A DNA stretch of 64,000 nucleotides from Auanema rhodensis (Eukaryota; Animalia; Nematoda): assembly GCA_964057225.1 (NCBI GenBank), contig OZ059899.1:10602001-10666000 (forward strand), given 5' to 3'. The position numbers and the translations under genes were made by a program. Position 1 is the stretch's first letter. The number at the start of each line of letters is the position of its first letter. This document shows, piece by piece, positions 14,936-29,046 of this stretch. Below the pieces are notes generated by a model. That model made no database searches, was not told the DNA's origin, and was given only the letters and a program-made list of their open reading frames with translations.

Positions 14936-17115
14936 TAAATTTTTTTCATTTCACTTGTCATTTACAAAAATCAAATTTATCTTCTTCAACGATTATTTTT
15001 GCAATGTGTCATGAAAATTTCTTAATTGAACAAAACGTTTTTTGAGAAGTTTTTTTGTTGTCAACATATATATTTTCCTGGAATTCGAAAGCATTTGGGA
15101 TGGAAATTAGAAAGAAAAGAACTAGTTTTTCCTACTTTAAAACAAACAATAAGAAATAAAATGAAAAAGATTGTTAGATATCCAATTTAAACTTATACAT
15201 TTACTTCGATAAAGAGCCTATTAGTTTGAAATTTTATGTCTTACAGTTCTCCAACAGAACAGACTGATCCTGATTTCTCTATGATTACATAAAACTCTCG
15301 TTTGATATAAAAAAAGAAGAGGAATAACGTTTCCAGGATGTCAATGATATCGAATCTAGTGATATCGTAGAAAAATGTAATGTCAGCTCCATAGGTTTTC
15401 TCTTAATTTCTCTCATCACAATTGTCTTAGTTTTTTTTCTCATAAGAGTTTCTGAAATCTTACGTGAACAAGGCCGTATATATTTTTTTCTGGAATTCGA
15501 AAGCATTTGGGATGGAAATTAGAAAGAAAAGAACTAGTTTTTCCTACTTTAAAACAAACAATAAGAAATAAAATAAAAAAGATTGTTAGATATCCAATTT
15601 AAACTTATACATTTACTTCGATAAAGAGCCTATTAGTTTGAAATTTTATGTCTTACAGTTCTCCAACAGAACAGACTGATCCTGATTTCTCTATGATTAC
15701 ATAAAACTCTCGTTTGATATAAAAAAAGAAGAGGAATAACGTTTCCAGGATGTCAATGATATCGAATCTAGTGATATCGTAGAAAAATGTAATGTCAGCT
15801 CCATAGGTTTTCTCTTAATTTCTCTCATCACAATTGTCTTAGTTTTTTTTCTCATAAGAGTTTCTGAAATCTTACGTGAACAAGGCCGTATATATTTTTT
15901 TCTGGAATTCGAAAGCATTTGGGATGGAAATTAGAAAGAAAAGAACTAGTTTTTCCTACTTTAAAACAAACAATAAGAAATAAAATAAAAAAGATTGTTA
16001 GATATCCAATTTAAACTTATACATTTACTTCGATAAAGAGCCTATTAGTTTGAAATTTTATGTCTTACAGTTCTCCAACAGAACAGACTGATCCTGATTT
16101 CTCTATGATTACATAAAACTCTCGTTTGATATACAAAAAGGAGAGGAATAACGTTTCCAGGATGTCAATGATATCGAATCTAGTGATATTGTAGAAAAAT
16201 GTAATGTCAGCTCCATAGGTTTTCTCTTAATTTCTCTCATCACAATTGTCTTAGTTTTTTTTCTCATTAGAGTTTCTGAAATCTTAGGTGAACAAGGCCG
16301 TATATATTTTTTTCTGGAATTCGAAAGCATTTGGGATGGACATTAGAAGGAAAAGAACTAGTTTTTCCTACTTTAAAACAAACAATAAGAAATAAAATAA
16401 AAAAGATTGTTAGATATCCAATTTAAACTTATACATTTACTTCGATAAAGAGCCTATTAGTTTGAAATTTTATGTCTTACAGTTCTCCAACAGAACAGAC
16501 TGATCCTGATTTCTCTATGATTACACAAAACTCTCGTTTGATATACAAAAAGGAGAGGAATAACGTTTCCAGGATATCAATGATATCGAATCTAGTGATA
16601 TTGTAGAAAAATGTAATGTCAGCTCCATAGTTTTTCTCTAAATTTCTCTCATCACAATAGTCTTATTTTTTTTTCATAAGAGTTTCTGAAATCTTAGTTG
16701 AACAAGGCCGTATATATTTTTTTCTGGAATTCGAAAGCATTTGGGATGGATATTAGAAGGAAAAGAACTAGTTTTTCCTACTTTAAAACAAACAATAAGA
16801 AATAAAATAAAAAAGATTGTTAGATATCCAATTTAAACTTATACATTTACTTTGATAAAGAGCCTATTAGTTTGAAATTTTATGTCTTACAGTTCTCCAA
16901 CAGAACAGACTGATCCTGATTTCTCTATGATTACATAAAACTCTCGTTTGATATAAAAAAAGAAGAGGAATAACGTTTCCAGGATGTCAATGATATCGAA
17001 TCTAGTGATATTGTAGAAAAATGTAATGTCAGCTCCATAGGTTTTCTCTTAATTTCTCTCATCACAATAGTCTTATTTTTTTTTCATAAGAGTTTCTGAA
17101 ATCTTAGTTGAACAA

Positions 17116-17188
17116 GGCCGCGTGGCGCAATGGATAACGCGTCTGCCTACGGAGCAGAAGATTGTAGGTTCGAATCCTGCCGTGGTCG
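17116..17188 (+). tRNA. trnR-ACG: tRNA-Arg(ACG), intact allele
   Basis: Identical to the 14863 copy. Confidence 0.95.
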
Positions 17189-18546
17189 TAAATTTTTTTC
17201 ATTTCACTTGTCATTTACAAAAATCAAATTTATCTTCTTCAACGATTATTTTTGCAATGTGTCATGAAAATTTCTTAATTGAACAAAACGTTTTTTGAGA
17301 AGTTTTTTTGTTGTCAACATATATATTTTCCTGGAATTCGAAAGCATTTGGGATGGAAATTAGAAAGAAAAGAACTAGTTTTTCCTACTTTAAAACAAAC
17401 AATAAGAAATAAAATGAAAAAGATTGTTAGATATCCAATTTAAACTTATACATTTACTTCGATAAAGAGCCTATTAGTTTGAAATTTTATGTCTTACAGT
17501 TCTCCAACAGAACAGACTGATCCTGATTTCTCTATGATTACATAAAACTCTCGTTTGATATAAAAAAAGAAGAGGAATAACGTTTCCAGGATGTCAATGA
17601 TATCGAATCTAGTGATATCGTAGAAAAATGTAATGTCAGCTCCATAGGTTTTCTCTTAATTTCTCTCATCACAATTGTCTTAGTTTTTTTTCTCATAAGA
17701 GTTTCTGAAATCTTACGTGAACAAGGCCGTATATATTTTTTTCTGGAATTCGAAAGCATTTGGGATGGAAATTAGAAAGAAAAGAACTAGTTTTTCCTAC
17801 TTTAAAACAAACAATAAGAAATAAAATAAAAAAGATTGTTAGATATCCAATTTAAACTTATACATTTACTTCGATAAAGAGCCTATTAGTTTGAAATTTT
17901 ATGTCTTACAGTTCTCCAACAGAACAGACTGATCCTGATTTCTCTATGATTACATAAAACTCTCGTTTGATATAAAAAAAGAAGAGGAATAACGTTTCCA
18001 GGATGTCAATGATATCGAATCTAGTGATATCGTAGAAAAATGTAATGTCAGCTCCATAGGTTTTCTCTTAATTTCTCTCATCACAATTGTCTTAGTTTTT
18101 TTTCTCATAAGAGTTTCTGAAATCTTACGTGAACAAGGCCGTATATATTTTTTTCTGGAATTCGAAAGCATTTGGGATGGAAATTAGAAAGAAAAGAACT
18201 AGTTTTTCCTACTTTAAAACAAACAATAAGAAATAAAATAAAAAAGATTGTTAGATATCCAATTTAAACTTATACATTTACTTCGATAAAGAGCCTATTA
18301 GTTTGAAATTTTATGTCTTACAGTTCTCCAACAGAACAGACTGATCCTGATTTCTCTATGATTACATAAAACTCTCGTTTGATATACAAAAAGGAGAGGA
18401 ATAATGTTTCCAGGATATCAATGATATCGAATCTAGTGATATTGTAGAAAAATGTAATGTCAGCTCCATAGTTTTTCTCTTAATTTCTCTCATCACAATA
18501 GTCTTAGTTTTTTCTCATAAGAGTTTCTGAAATCTTAGTTGAACAA

Positions 18547-18619
18547 GGCCGCGTGGCGCAATGGATAACGCGTCTGCCTACGGAGCAGAAGATTGTAGGT
18601 TCGAATCCTGTCGTGGTCG
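18547..18619 (+). tRNA. trnR-ACG: tRNA-Arg(ACG), T-stem variant (CCTGT; G49-U65 wobble)
   Basis: One substitution relative to 14863; A and B boxes intact. Confidence 0.9.
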
Positions 18620-19977
18620 TAAATTTTTTTCATTTCACTTGTCATTTACAAAAATCAAATTTATCTTCTTCAACGATTATTTTTGCAATGTGTCATGAAA
18701 ATTTCTTAATTGAACAAAACGTTTTTTGAGAAGTTTTTTTGTTGTCAACATATATATTTTCCTGGAATTCGAAAGCATTTGGGATGGAAATTAGAAAGAA
18801 AAGAACTAGTTTTTCCTACTTTAAAACAAACAATAAGAAATAAAATGAAAAAGATTGTTAGATATCCAATTTAAACTTATACATTTACTTCGATAAAGAG
18901 CCTATTAGTTTGAAATTTTATGTCTTACAGTTCTCCAACAGAACAGACTGATCCTGATTTCTCTATGATTACATAAAACTCTCGTTTGATATAAAAAAAG
19001 AAGAGGAATAACGTTTCCAGGATGTCAATGATATCGAATCTAGTGATATCGTAGAAAAATGTAATGTCAGCTCCATAGGTTTTCTCTTAATTTCTCTCAT
19101 CACAATTGTCTTAGTTTTTTTTCTCATAAGAGTTTCTGAAATCTTACGTGAACAAGGCCGTATATATTTTTTTCTGGAATTCGAAAGCATTTGGGATGGA
19201 AATTAGAAAGAAAAGAACTAGTTTTTCCTACTTTAAAACAAACAATAAGAAATAAAATAAAAAAGATTGTTAGATATCCAATTTAAACTTATACATTTAC
19301 TTCGATAAAGAGCCTATTAGTTTGAAATTTTATGTCTTACAGTTCTCCAACAGAACAGACTGATCCTGATTTCTCTATGATCACATAAAACTCTCGTTTG
19401 ATATGAAAAAAGAAGAGGAATAACGTTTCCAGGATGTCAATGATATCGAATCTAGTGATATTGTAGAAAAATGTAATGTCAGCTCCATAGGTTTTCTCTC
19501 AATTTCTCTCATCACAATTGTCTTAGTTTTTTTTCTCATAAGAGTTTCTGAAATCTTAGGTGAACAAGGCCGTATATATTTTTTTCTGGAATTCGAAAGC
19601 ATTTGGGATGGAAATTAGAAGGAAAAGAACTAGTTTTTCCTACTTTAAAACAAACAATAAGAAATAAAATAAAAAAGATTGTTAGATATCCAATTTAAAC
19701 TTATACATTTACTTTGATAAAGAGCCTATTAGTTTGAAATTTTATGTCTTACAGTTCTCTAACAGAACAGACTGATTCTGATTTCTCTATGATTACATAA
19801 AATTCTCGTTTGATATACACAAAGGAGAGGAATAACGTTTCCAGGATATCAATGATATCGAATCTAGTGATATTGTAGAAAAATGTAATGTCAGCTCCAT
19901 AGTTTTTCTCTTAATTTCTCTCATCACAATAGTCTTATTTTTTTTTCATAAGAGTTTCTGAAATCTTAGTTGAACAA

Positions 19978-20050
19978 GGCCGCGTGGCGCAATGGATAAC
20001 GCGTCTGCCTACGGAGCAGAAGATTGTAGGGTCGAATCCTGCCGTGGTCG
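19978..20050 (+). tRNA. trnR-ACG: tRNA-Arg(ACG), B-box mutant (T54G), possibly pseudogene
   Basis: GTAGGGTCGAATCC instead of GTAGGTTCGAATCC. Confidence 0.8.
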
Positions 20051-21820
20051 TAAATTTTTTTCATTTCACTTGTCATTCACAAAAATCAAATTTATCTTCT
20101 TCAACGATTATTTTTGCAATGTTTCATAAAAATTTCACAGTTGAACAAAACGTTTTTTAAGAATTTTTTTTGTTGTCAACATATATATTTTCCTGGAATT
20201 CGAAAGCATTTGGGATGGAAATTAGAAAGAAAAGAACTAGTTTTTCCTATTTTAAAACAAACAAAAAAAAATAAAATGAAAAAGATTGTTAGATATCCAA
20301 TTTAAACTTATACATTTACTTCGATAAAGAGCCTATTAGTTTGAAATTTTATGTCTTACAGTTCTCCAACAGAACAGACTGATCCTGATTTCTCTATGAT
20401 TACATAAAACTCTCGTTTGATATAAAAAAAGAAGAGGAATAACGTTTCCAGGATGTCAATGATATCGAATCTAGTGATATTGTAGAAAAATGTAATGTCA
20501 GCTCCATAGGTTTTCTCTTAATTTCTCTCATCACAATTGTCTTAGTTTTTTTTCTCATAAGAGTTTTCGAAATCTTAGGTGAACAAGGCCGTATATATTT
20601 TTTTCTGGAATTCGAAAGCATTTGGGATGGAAATTAGAAAGAAAAAAACTAGTTTTTCCTACTTTAAAACAAACAATAAGAAATAAAATGAAAAAGATTG
20701 TTAGATATCCAATTTAAACTTATACATTTACTTCGATAAAGAGCCTATTAGTTTGAAATTTTATGTCTTACAGTTCTCCAACAGAACAGACTGATCCTGA
20801 TTTCTCTATGATTACATAAAACTCTCGTTTGATATAAAAAAAGAAGAGGAATAACGTTTCCAGGATGTCAATGATATCGAATCTAGTGATATCGTAGAAA
20901 AATGTAATGTCAGCTCCATAGGTTTTCTCTTAAGTTCTCTCATCACAATTGTCTTAGTTTTTTTTCTCATAAGAGTTTCTGAAATCTTACGTGAACAAGG
21001 CCGTATATATTTTTTTCTGGAATTCGAAAGCATTTGGGATGGAAATTAGAAAGAAAAGAACTAGTTTTTCCTACTTTAAAACAAACAATAAGAAATAAAA
21101 TAAAAAAGATTGTTAGATATCCAATTTAAACTTATACATTTACTTCGATAAAGAGCCTATTAGTTTGAAATTTTATGTCTTACAGTTCTCCAACAGAACA
21201 GACTGATCCTGATTTCTCTATGATCACATAAAACTCTCGTTTGATATGAAAAAAGAAGAGGAATAACGTTTCCAGGATGTCAATGATATCGAATCTAGTG
21301 ATATTGTAGAAAAATGTAATGTCAGCTCCATAGGTTTTCTCTCAATTTCTCTCATCACAATTGTCTTAGTTTTTTTTCTCATAAGAGTTTCTGAAATCTT
21401 AGGTGAACAAGGCCGTATATTTTTTTTTCTGGAATTCGAAAGCATTTGGGATGGAAATTAGAAGGAAAAGAACTAGTTTTTCCTACTTTAAAACAAACAA
21501 TAAGAAATAAAATAAAAAAGATTGTTAGATATCCAATTTAAACTTATACATTTACTTTGATAAAGAGCCTATTAGTTTGAAATTTTATGTCTTACAGTTC
21601 TCTAACAGAACAGACTGATTCTGATTTCTCTATGATTACATAAAATTCTCGTTTGATATACACAAAGGAGAGGAATAACGTTTCCAGGATATCAATGATA
21701 TCGAATCTAGTGATATTGTAGAAAAATGTAATGTCAGCTCCATAGTTTTTCTCTTAATTTCTCTCATCACAATAGTCTTATTTTTTTTTCATAAGAGTTT
21801 CTGAAATCTTAGTTGAACAA

Positions 21821-21893
21821 GGCCGCGTGGCGCAATGGATAACGCGTCTGCCTACGGAGCAGAAGATTGTAGGGTCGAATCCTGCCGTGGTCG
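21821..21893 (+). tRNA. trnR-ACG: tRNA-Arg(ACG), B-box mutant (T54G), possibly pseudogene
   Basis: Same allele as 19978. Confidence 0.8.
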
Positions 21894-23249
21894 TAAATTT
21901 TTTTCATTTCACTTGTCATTCACAAAAATCAAATTTATCTTCTTCAACGATTATTTTTGCAATGTTTCATAAAAATTTCACAGTTGAACAAAACGTTTTT
22001 TAAGAATTTTTTTTGTTGTCAACATATATATTTTCCTGGAATTCGAAAGCATTTGGGATGGAAATTAGAAAGAAAAGAACTAGTTTTTCCTATTTTAAAA
22101 CAAACAAAAAAAAATAAAATGAAAAAGATTGTTAGATATCCAATTTAAACTTATACATTTACTTCGATAAAGAGCCTATTAGTTTGAAATTTTATGTCTT
22201 ACAGTTCTCCAACAGAACAGACTGATCCTGATTTCTCTATGATTACATAAAACTCTCGTTTGATATACAAAAAGGAGAGGAATAACGTTTCCAGGATGTC
22301 AATGATATCGAATCTAGTGATATTGTAGAAAAATGTAATGTCAGCTCCATAGGTTTTCTCTTAATTTCTCTCATCACAATTGTCTTAGTTTTTTTTCTCA
22401 TTAGAGTTTCTGAAATCTTAGGTGAACAAGGCCGTATATATTTTTTTCTGGAATTCGAAAGCATTTGGGATGGACATTAGAAGGAAAAGAACTAGTTTTT
22501 CCTACTTTAAAACAAACAATAAGAAATAAAATAAAAAAGATTGTTAGATATCCAATTTAAACTTATACATTTACTTCGATAAAGAGCCTATTAGTTTGAA
22601 ATTTTATGTCTTACAGTTCTCCAACAGAACAGACTGATCCTGATTTCTCTATGATTACACAAAACTCTCGTTTGATATACAAAAAGGAGAGGAATAACGT
22701 TTCCAGGATATCAATGATATCGAATCTAGTGATATTGTAGAAAAATGTAATGTCAGCTCCATAGTTTTTCTCTAAATTTCTCTCATCACAATAGTCTTAT
22801 TTTTTTTTCATAAGAGTTTCTGAAATCTTAGTTGAACAAGGCCGTATATATTTTTTTCTGGAATTCGAAAGCATTTGGGATGGATATTAGAAGGAAAAGA
22901 ACTAGTTTTTCCTACTTTAAAACAAACAATAAGAAATAAAATAAAAAAGATTGTTAGATATCCAATTTAAACTTATACATTTACTTTGATAAAGAGCCTA
23001 TTAGTTTGAAATTTTATGTCTTACAGTTCTCCAACAGAACAGACTGATCCTGATTTCTCTATGATTACATAAAACTCTCGTTTGATATAAAAAAAGAAGA
23101 GGAATAACGTTTCCAGGATGTCAATGATATCGAATCTAGTGATATTGTAGAAAAATGTAATGTCAGCTCCATAGGTTTTCTCTTAATTTCTCTCATCACA
23201 ATAGTCTTATTTTTTTTTCATAAGAGTTTCTGAAATCTTAGTTGAACAA

Positions 23250-23322
23250 GGCCGCGTGGCGCAATGGATAACGCGTCTGCCTACGGAGCAGAAGATTGTA
23301 GGTTCGAATCCTGCCGTGGTCG
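23250..23322 (+). tRNA. trnR-ACG: tRNA-Arg(ACG), intact allele
   Basis: Identical to the 14863 copy. Confidence 0.95.
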
Positions 23323-24680
23323 TAAATTTTTTTCATTTCACTTGTCATTTACAAAAATCAAATTTATCTTCTTCAACGATTATTTTTGCAATGTGTCATG
23401 AAAATTTCTTAATTGAACAAAACGTTTTTTGAGAAGTTTTTTTGTTGTCAACATATATATTTTCCTGGAATTCGAAAGCATTTGGGATGGAAATTAGAAA
23501 GAAAAGAACTAGTTTTTCCTACTTTAAAACAAACAATAAGAAATAAAATGAAAAAGATTGTTAGATATCCAATTTAAACTTATACATTTACTTCGATAAA
23601 GAGCCTATTAGTTTGAAATTTTATGTCTTACAGTTCTCCAACAGAACAGACTGATCCTGATTTCTCTATGATTACATAAAACTCTCGTTTGATATAAAAA
23701 AAGAAGAGGAATAACGTTTCCAGGATGTCAATGATATCGAATCTAGTGATATCGTAGAAAAATGTAATGTCAGCTCCATAGGTTTTCTCTTAATTTCTCT
23801 CATCACAATTGTCTTAGTTTTTTTTCTCATAAGAGTTTCTGAAATCTTACGTGAACAAGGCCGTATATATTTTTTTCTGGAATTCGAAAGCATTTGGGAT
23901 GGAAATTAGAAAGAAAAGAACTAGTTTTTCCTACTTTAAAACAAACAATAAGAAATAAAATAAAAAAGATTGTTAGATATCCAATTTAAACTTATACATT
24001 TACTTCGATAAAGAGCCTATTAGTTTGAAATTTTATGTCTTACAGTTCTCCAACAGAACAGACTGATCCTGATTTCTCTATGATTACATAAAACTCTCGT
24101 TTGATATAAAAAAAGAAGAGCAATAACGTTTCCAGGATGTCAATGATATCGAATCTAGTGATATCGTAGAAAAATGTAATGTCAGCTCCATAGGTTTTCT
24201 CTTAATTTCTCTCATCACAATTGTCTTAGTTTTTTTTCTCATAAGAGTTTCTGAAATCTTACGTGAACAAGGCCGTATATATTTTTTTCTGGAATTCGAA
24301 AGCATTTGGGATGGAAATTAGAAAGAAAAGAACTAGTTTTTCCTACTTTAAAACAAACAATAAGAAATAAAATAAAAAAGATTGTTAGATATCCAATTTA
24401 AACTTATACATTTACTTCGATAAAGAGCCTATTAGTTTGAAATTTTATGTCTTACAGTTCTCCAACAGAACAGACTGATCCTGATTTCTCTATGATTACA
24501 TAAAACTCTCGTTTGATATACAAAAAGGAGAGGAATAATGTTTCCAGGATATCAATGATATCGAATCTAGTGATATTGTAGAAAAATGTAATGTCAGCTC
24601 CATAGTTTTTCTCTTAATTTCTCTCATCACAATAGTCTTAGTTTTTTCTCATAAGAGTTTCTGAAATCTTAGTTGAACAA

Positions 24681-24753
24681 GGCCGCGTGGCGCAATGGAT
24701 AACGCGTCTGCCTACGGAGCAGAAGATTGTAGGTTCGAATCCTGTCGTGGTCG
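24681..24753 (+). tRNA. trnR-ACG: tRNA-Arg(ACG), T-stem variant (CCTGT)
   Basis: Same allele as 18547. Confidence 0.9.
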
Positions 24754-26111
24754 TAAATTTTTTTCATTTCACTTGTCATTTACAAAAATCAAATTTATCT
24801 TCTTCAACGATTATTTTTGCAATGTGTCATGAAAATTTCTTAATTGAACAAAACGTTTTTTGAGAAGTTTTTTTGTTGTCAACATATATATTTTCCTGGA
24901 ATTCGAAAGCATTTGGGATGGAAATTAGAAAGAAAAGAACTAGTTTTTCCTACTTTAAAACAAACAATAAGAAATAAAATGAAAAAGATTGTTAGATATC
25001 CAATTTAAACTTATACATTTACTTCGATAAAGAGCCTATTAGTTTGAAATTTTATGTCTTACAGTTCTCCAACAGAACAGACTGATCCTGATTTCTCTAT
25101 GATTACATAAAACTCTCGTTTGATATAAAAAAAGAAGAGGAATAACGTTTCCAGGATGTCAATGATATCGAATCTAGTGATATCGTAGAAAAATGTAATG
25201 TCAGCTCCATAGGTTTTCTCTTAATTTCTCTCATCACAATTGTCTTAGTTTTTTTTCTCATAAGAGTTTCTGAAATCTTACGTGAACAAGGCCGTATATA
25301 TTTTTTTCTGGAATTCGAAAGCATTTGGGATGGAAATTAGAAAGAAAAGAACTAGTTTTTCCTACTTTAAAACAAACAATAAGAAATAAAATAAAAAAGA
25401 TTGTTAGATATCCAATTTAAACTTATACATTTACTTCGATAAAGAGCCTATTAGTTTGAAATTTTATGTCTTACAGTTCTCCAACAGAACAGACTGATCC
25501 TGATTTCTCTATGATCACATAAAACTCTCGTTTGATATGAAAAAAGAAGAGGAATAACGTTTCCAGGATGTCAATGATATCGAATCTAGTGATATTGTAG
25601 AAAAATGTAATGTCAGCTCCATAGGTTTTCTCTCAATTTCTCTCATCACAATTGTCTTAGTTTTTTTTCTCATAAGAGTTTCTGAAATCTTAGGTGAACA
25701 AGGCCGTATATATTTTTTTCTGGAATTCGAAAGCATTTGGGATGGAAATTAGAAGGAAAAGAACTAGTTTTTCCTACTTTAAAACAAACAATAAGAAATA
25801 AAATAAAAAAGATTGTTAGATATCCAATTTAAACTTATACATTTACTTTGATAAAGAGCCTATTAGTTTGAAATTTTATGTCTTACAGTTCTCTAACAGA
25901 ACAGACTGATTCTGATTTCTCTATGATTACATAAAATTCTCGTTTGATATACACAAAGGAGAGGAATAACGTTTCCAGGATATCAATGATATCGAATCTA
26001 GTGATATTGTAGAAAAATGTAATGTCAGCTCCATAGTTTTTCTCTTAATTTCTCTCATCACAATAGTCTTATTTTTTTTTCATAAGAGTTTCTGAAATCT
26101 TAGTTGAACAA

Positions 26112-26184
26112 GGCCGCGTGGCGCAATGGATAACGCGTCTGCCTACGGAGCAGAAGATTGTAGGGTCGAATCCTGCCGTGGTCG
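26112..26184 (+). tRNA. trnR-ACG: tRNA-Arg(ACG), B-box mutant (T54G)
   Basis: Same allele as 19978. Confidence 0.8.
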
Positions 26185-27130
26185 TAAATTTTTTTCATTT
26201 CACTTGTCATTCACAAAAATCAAATTTATCTTCTTCAACGATTATTTTTGCAATGTTTCATAAAAATTTCACAGTTGAACAAAACGTTTTTTAAGAATTT
26301 TTTTTGTTGTCAACATATATATTTTCCTGGAATTCGAAAGCATTTGGGATGGAAATTAGAAAGAAAAGAACTAGTTTTTCCTATTTTAAAACAAACAAAA
26401 AAAAATAAAATGAAAAAGATTGTTAGATATCCAATTTAAACTTATACATTTACTTCGATAAAGAGCCTATTAGTTTGAAATTTTATGTCTTACAGTTCTC
26501 CAACAGAACAGACTGATCCTGATTTCTCTATGATTACATAAAACTCTCGTTTGATATGAAAAAAGAAGAGGAATAACGTTTCCAGGATGTCAATGATATC
26601 GAATCTAGTGATATTGTAGAAAAATGTAATGTCAGCTCCATAGGTTTTCTCTCAATTTCTCTCATCACAATTGTCTTAGTTTTTTTTCTCATAAGAGTTT
26701 CTGAAATCTTAGGTGAACAAGGCCGTATATATTTTTTTCTGGAATTCGAAAGCATTTGGGATGGAAATTAGAAGGAAAAGAACTAGTTTTTCCTACTTTA
26801 AAACAAACAATAAGAAATAAAATAAAAAAGATTGTTAGATATCCAATTTAAACTTATACATTTACTTTGATAAAGAGCCTATTAGTTTGAAATTTTATGT
26901 CTTACAGTTCTCTAACAGAACAGACTGATTCTGATTTCTCTATGATTACATAAAATTCTCGTTTGATATACACAAAGGAGAGGAATAACGTTTCCAGGAT
27001 ATCAATGATATCGAATCTAGTGATATTGTAGAAAAATGTAATGTCAGCTCCATAGTTTTTCTCTTAATTTCTCTCATCACAATAGTCTTATTTTTTTTTC
27101 ATAAGAGTTTCTGAAATCTTAGTTGAACAA

Positions 27131-27203
27131 GGCCGCGTGGCGCAATGGATAACGCGTCTGCCTACGGAGCAGAAGATTGTAGGGTCGAATCCTGCCGTGG
27201 TCG
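27131..27203 (+). tRNA. trnR-ACG: tRNA-Arg(ACG), B-box mutant (T54G)
   Basis: Same allele as 19978. Confidence 0.8.
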
Positions 27204-28973
27204 TAAATTTTTTTCATTTCACTTGTCATTCACAAAAATCAAATTTATCTTCTTCAACGATTATTTTTGCAATGTTTCATAAAAATTTCACAGTTGAACA
27301 AAACGTTTTTTAAGAATTTTTTTTGTTGTCAACATATATATTTTCCTGGAATTCGAAAGCATTTGGGATGGAAATTAGAAAGAAAAGAACTAGTTTTTCC
27401 TATTTTAAAACAAACAAAAAAAAATAAAATGAAAAAGATTGTTAGATATCCAATTTAAACTTATACATTTACTTCGATAAAGAGCCTATTAGTTTGAAAT
27501 TTTATGTCTTACAGTTCTCCAACAGAACAGACTGATCCTGATTTCTCTATGATTACATAAAACTCTCGTTTGATATAAAAAAAGAAGAGGAATAACGTTT
27601 CCAGGATGTCAATGATATCGAATCTAGTGATATTGTAGAAAAATGTAATGTCAGCTCCATAGGTTTTCTCTTAATTTCTCTCATCACAATTGTCTTAGTT
27701 TTTTTTCTCATAAGAGTTTTCGAAATCTTAGGTGAACAAGGCCGTATATATTTTTTTCTGGAATTCGAAAGCATTTGGGATGGAAATTAGAAAGAAAAAA
27801 ACTAGTTTTTCCTACTTTAAAACAAACAATAAGAAATAAAATGAAAAAGATTGTTAGATATCCAATTTAAACTTATACATTTACTTCGATAAAGAGCCTA
27901 TTAGTTTGAAATTTTATGTCTTACAGTTCTCCAACAGAACAGACTGATCCTGATTTCTCTATGATTACATAAAACTCTCGTTTGATATAAAAAAAGAAGA
28001 GGAATAACGTTTCCAGGATGTCAATGATATCGAATCTAGTGATATCGTAGAAAAATGTAATGTCAGCTCCATAGGTTTTCTCTTAATTTCTCTCATCACA
28101 ATTGTCTTAGTTTTTTTTCTCATAAGAGTTTCTGAAATCTTACGTGAACAAGGCCGTATATATTTTTTTCTGGAATTCGAAAGCATTTGGGATGGAAATT
28201 AGAAAGAAAAGAACTAGTTTTTCCTACTTTAAAACAAACAATAAGAAATAAAATAAAAAAGATTGTTAGATATCCAATTTAAACTTATACATTTACTTCG
28301 ATAAAGAGCCTATTAGTTTGAAATTTTATGTCTTACAGTTCTCCAACAGAACAGACTGATCCTGATTTCTCTATGATCACATAAAACTCTCGTTTGATAT
28401 GAAAAAAGAAGAGGAATAACGTTTCCAGGATGTCAATGATATCGAATCTAGTGATATTGTAGAAAAATGTAATGTCAGCTCCATAGGTTTTCTCTCAATT
28501 TCTCTCATCACAATTGTCTTAGTTTTTTTTCTCATAAGAGTTTCTGAAATCTTAGGTGAACAAGGCCGTATATATTTTTTTCTGGAATTCGAAAGCATTT
28601 GGGATGGAAATTAGAAGGAAAAGAACTAGTTTTTCCTACTTTAAAACAAACAATAAGAAATAAAATAAAAAAGATTGTTAGATATCCAATTTAAACTTAT
28701 ACATTTACTTTGATAAAGAGCCTATTAGTTTGAAATTTTATGTCTTACAGTTCTCTAACAGAACAGACTGATTCTGATTTCTCTATGATTACATAAAATT
28801 CTCGTTTGATATACACAAAGGAGAGGAATAACGTTTCCAGGATATCAATGATATCGAATCTAGTGATATTGTAGAAAAATGTAATGTCAGCTCCATAGTT
28901 TTTCTCTTAATTTCTCTCATCACAATAGTCTTATTTTTTTTTCATAAGAGTTTCTGAAATCTTAGTTGAACAA

Positions 28974-29046
28974 GGCCGCGTGGCGCAATGGATAACGCGT
29001 CTGCCTACGGAGCAGAAGATTGTAGGGTCGAATCCTGCCGTGGTCG
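28974..29046 (+). tRNA. trnR-ACG: tRNA-Arg(ACG), B-box mutant (T54G)
   Basis: Same allele as 19978. Confidence 0.8.
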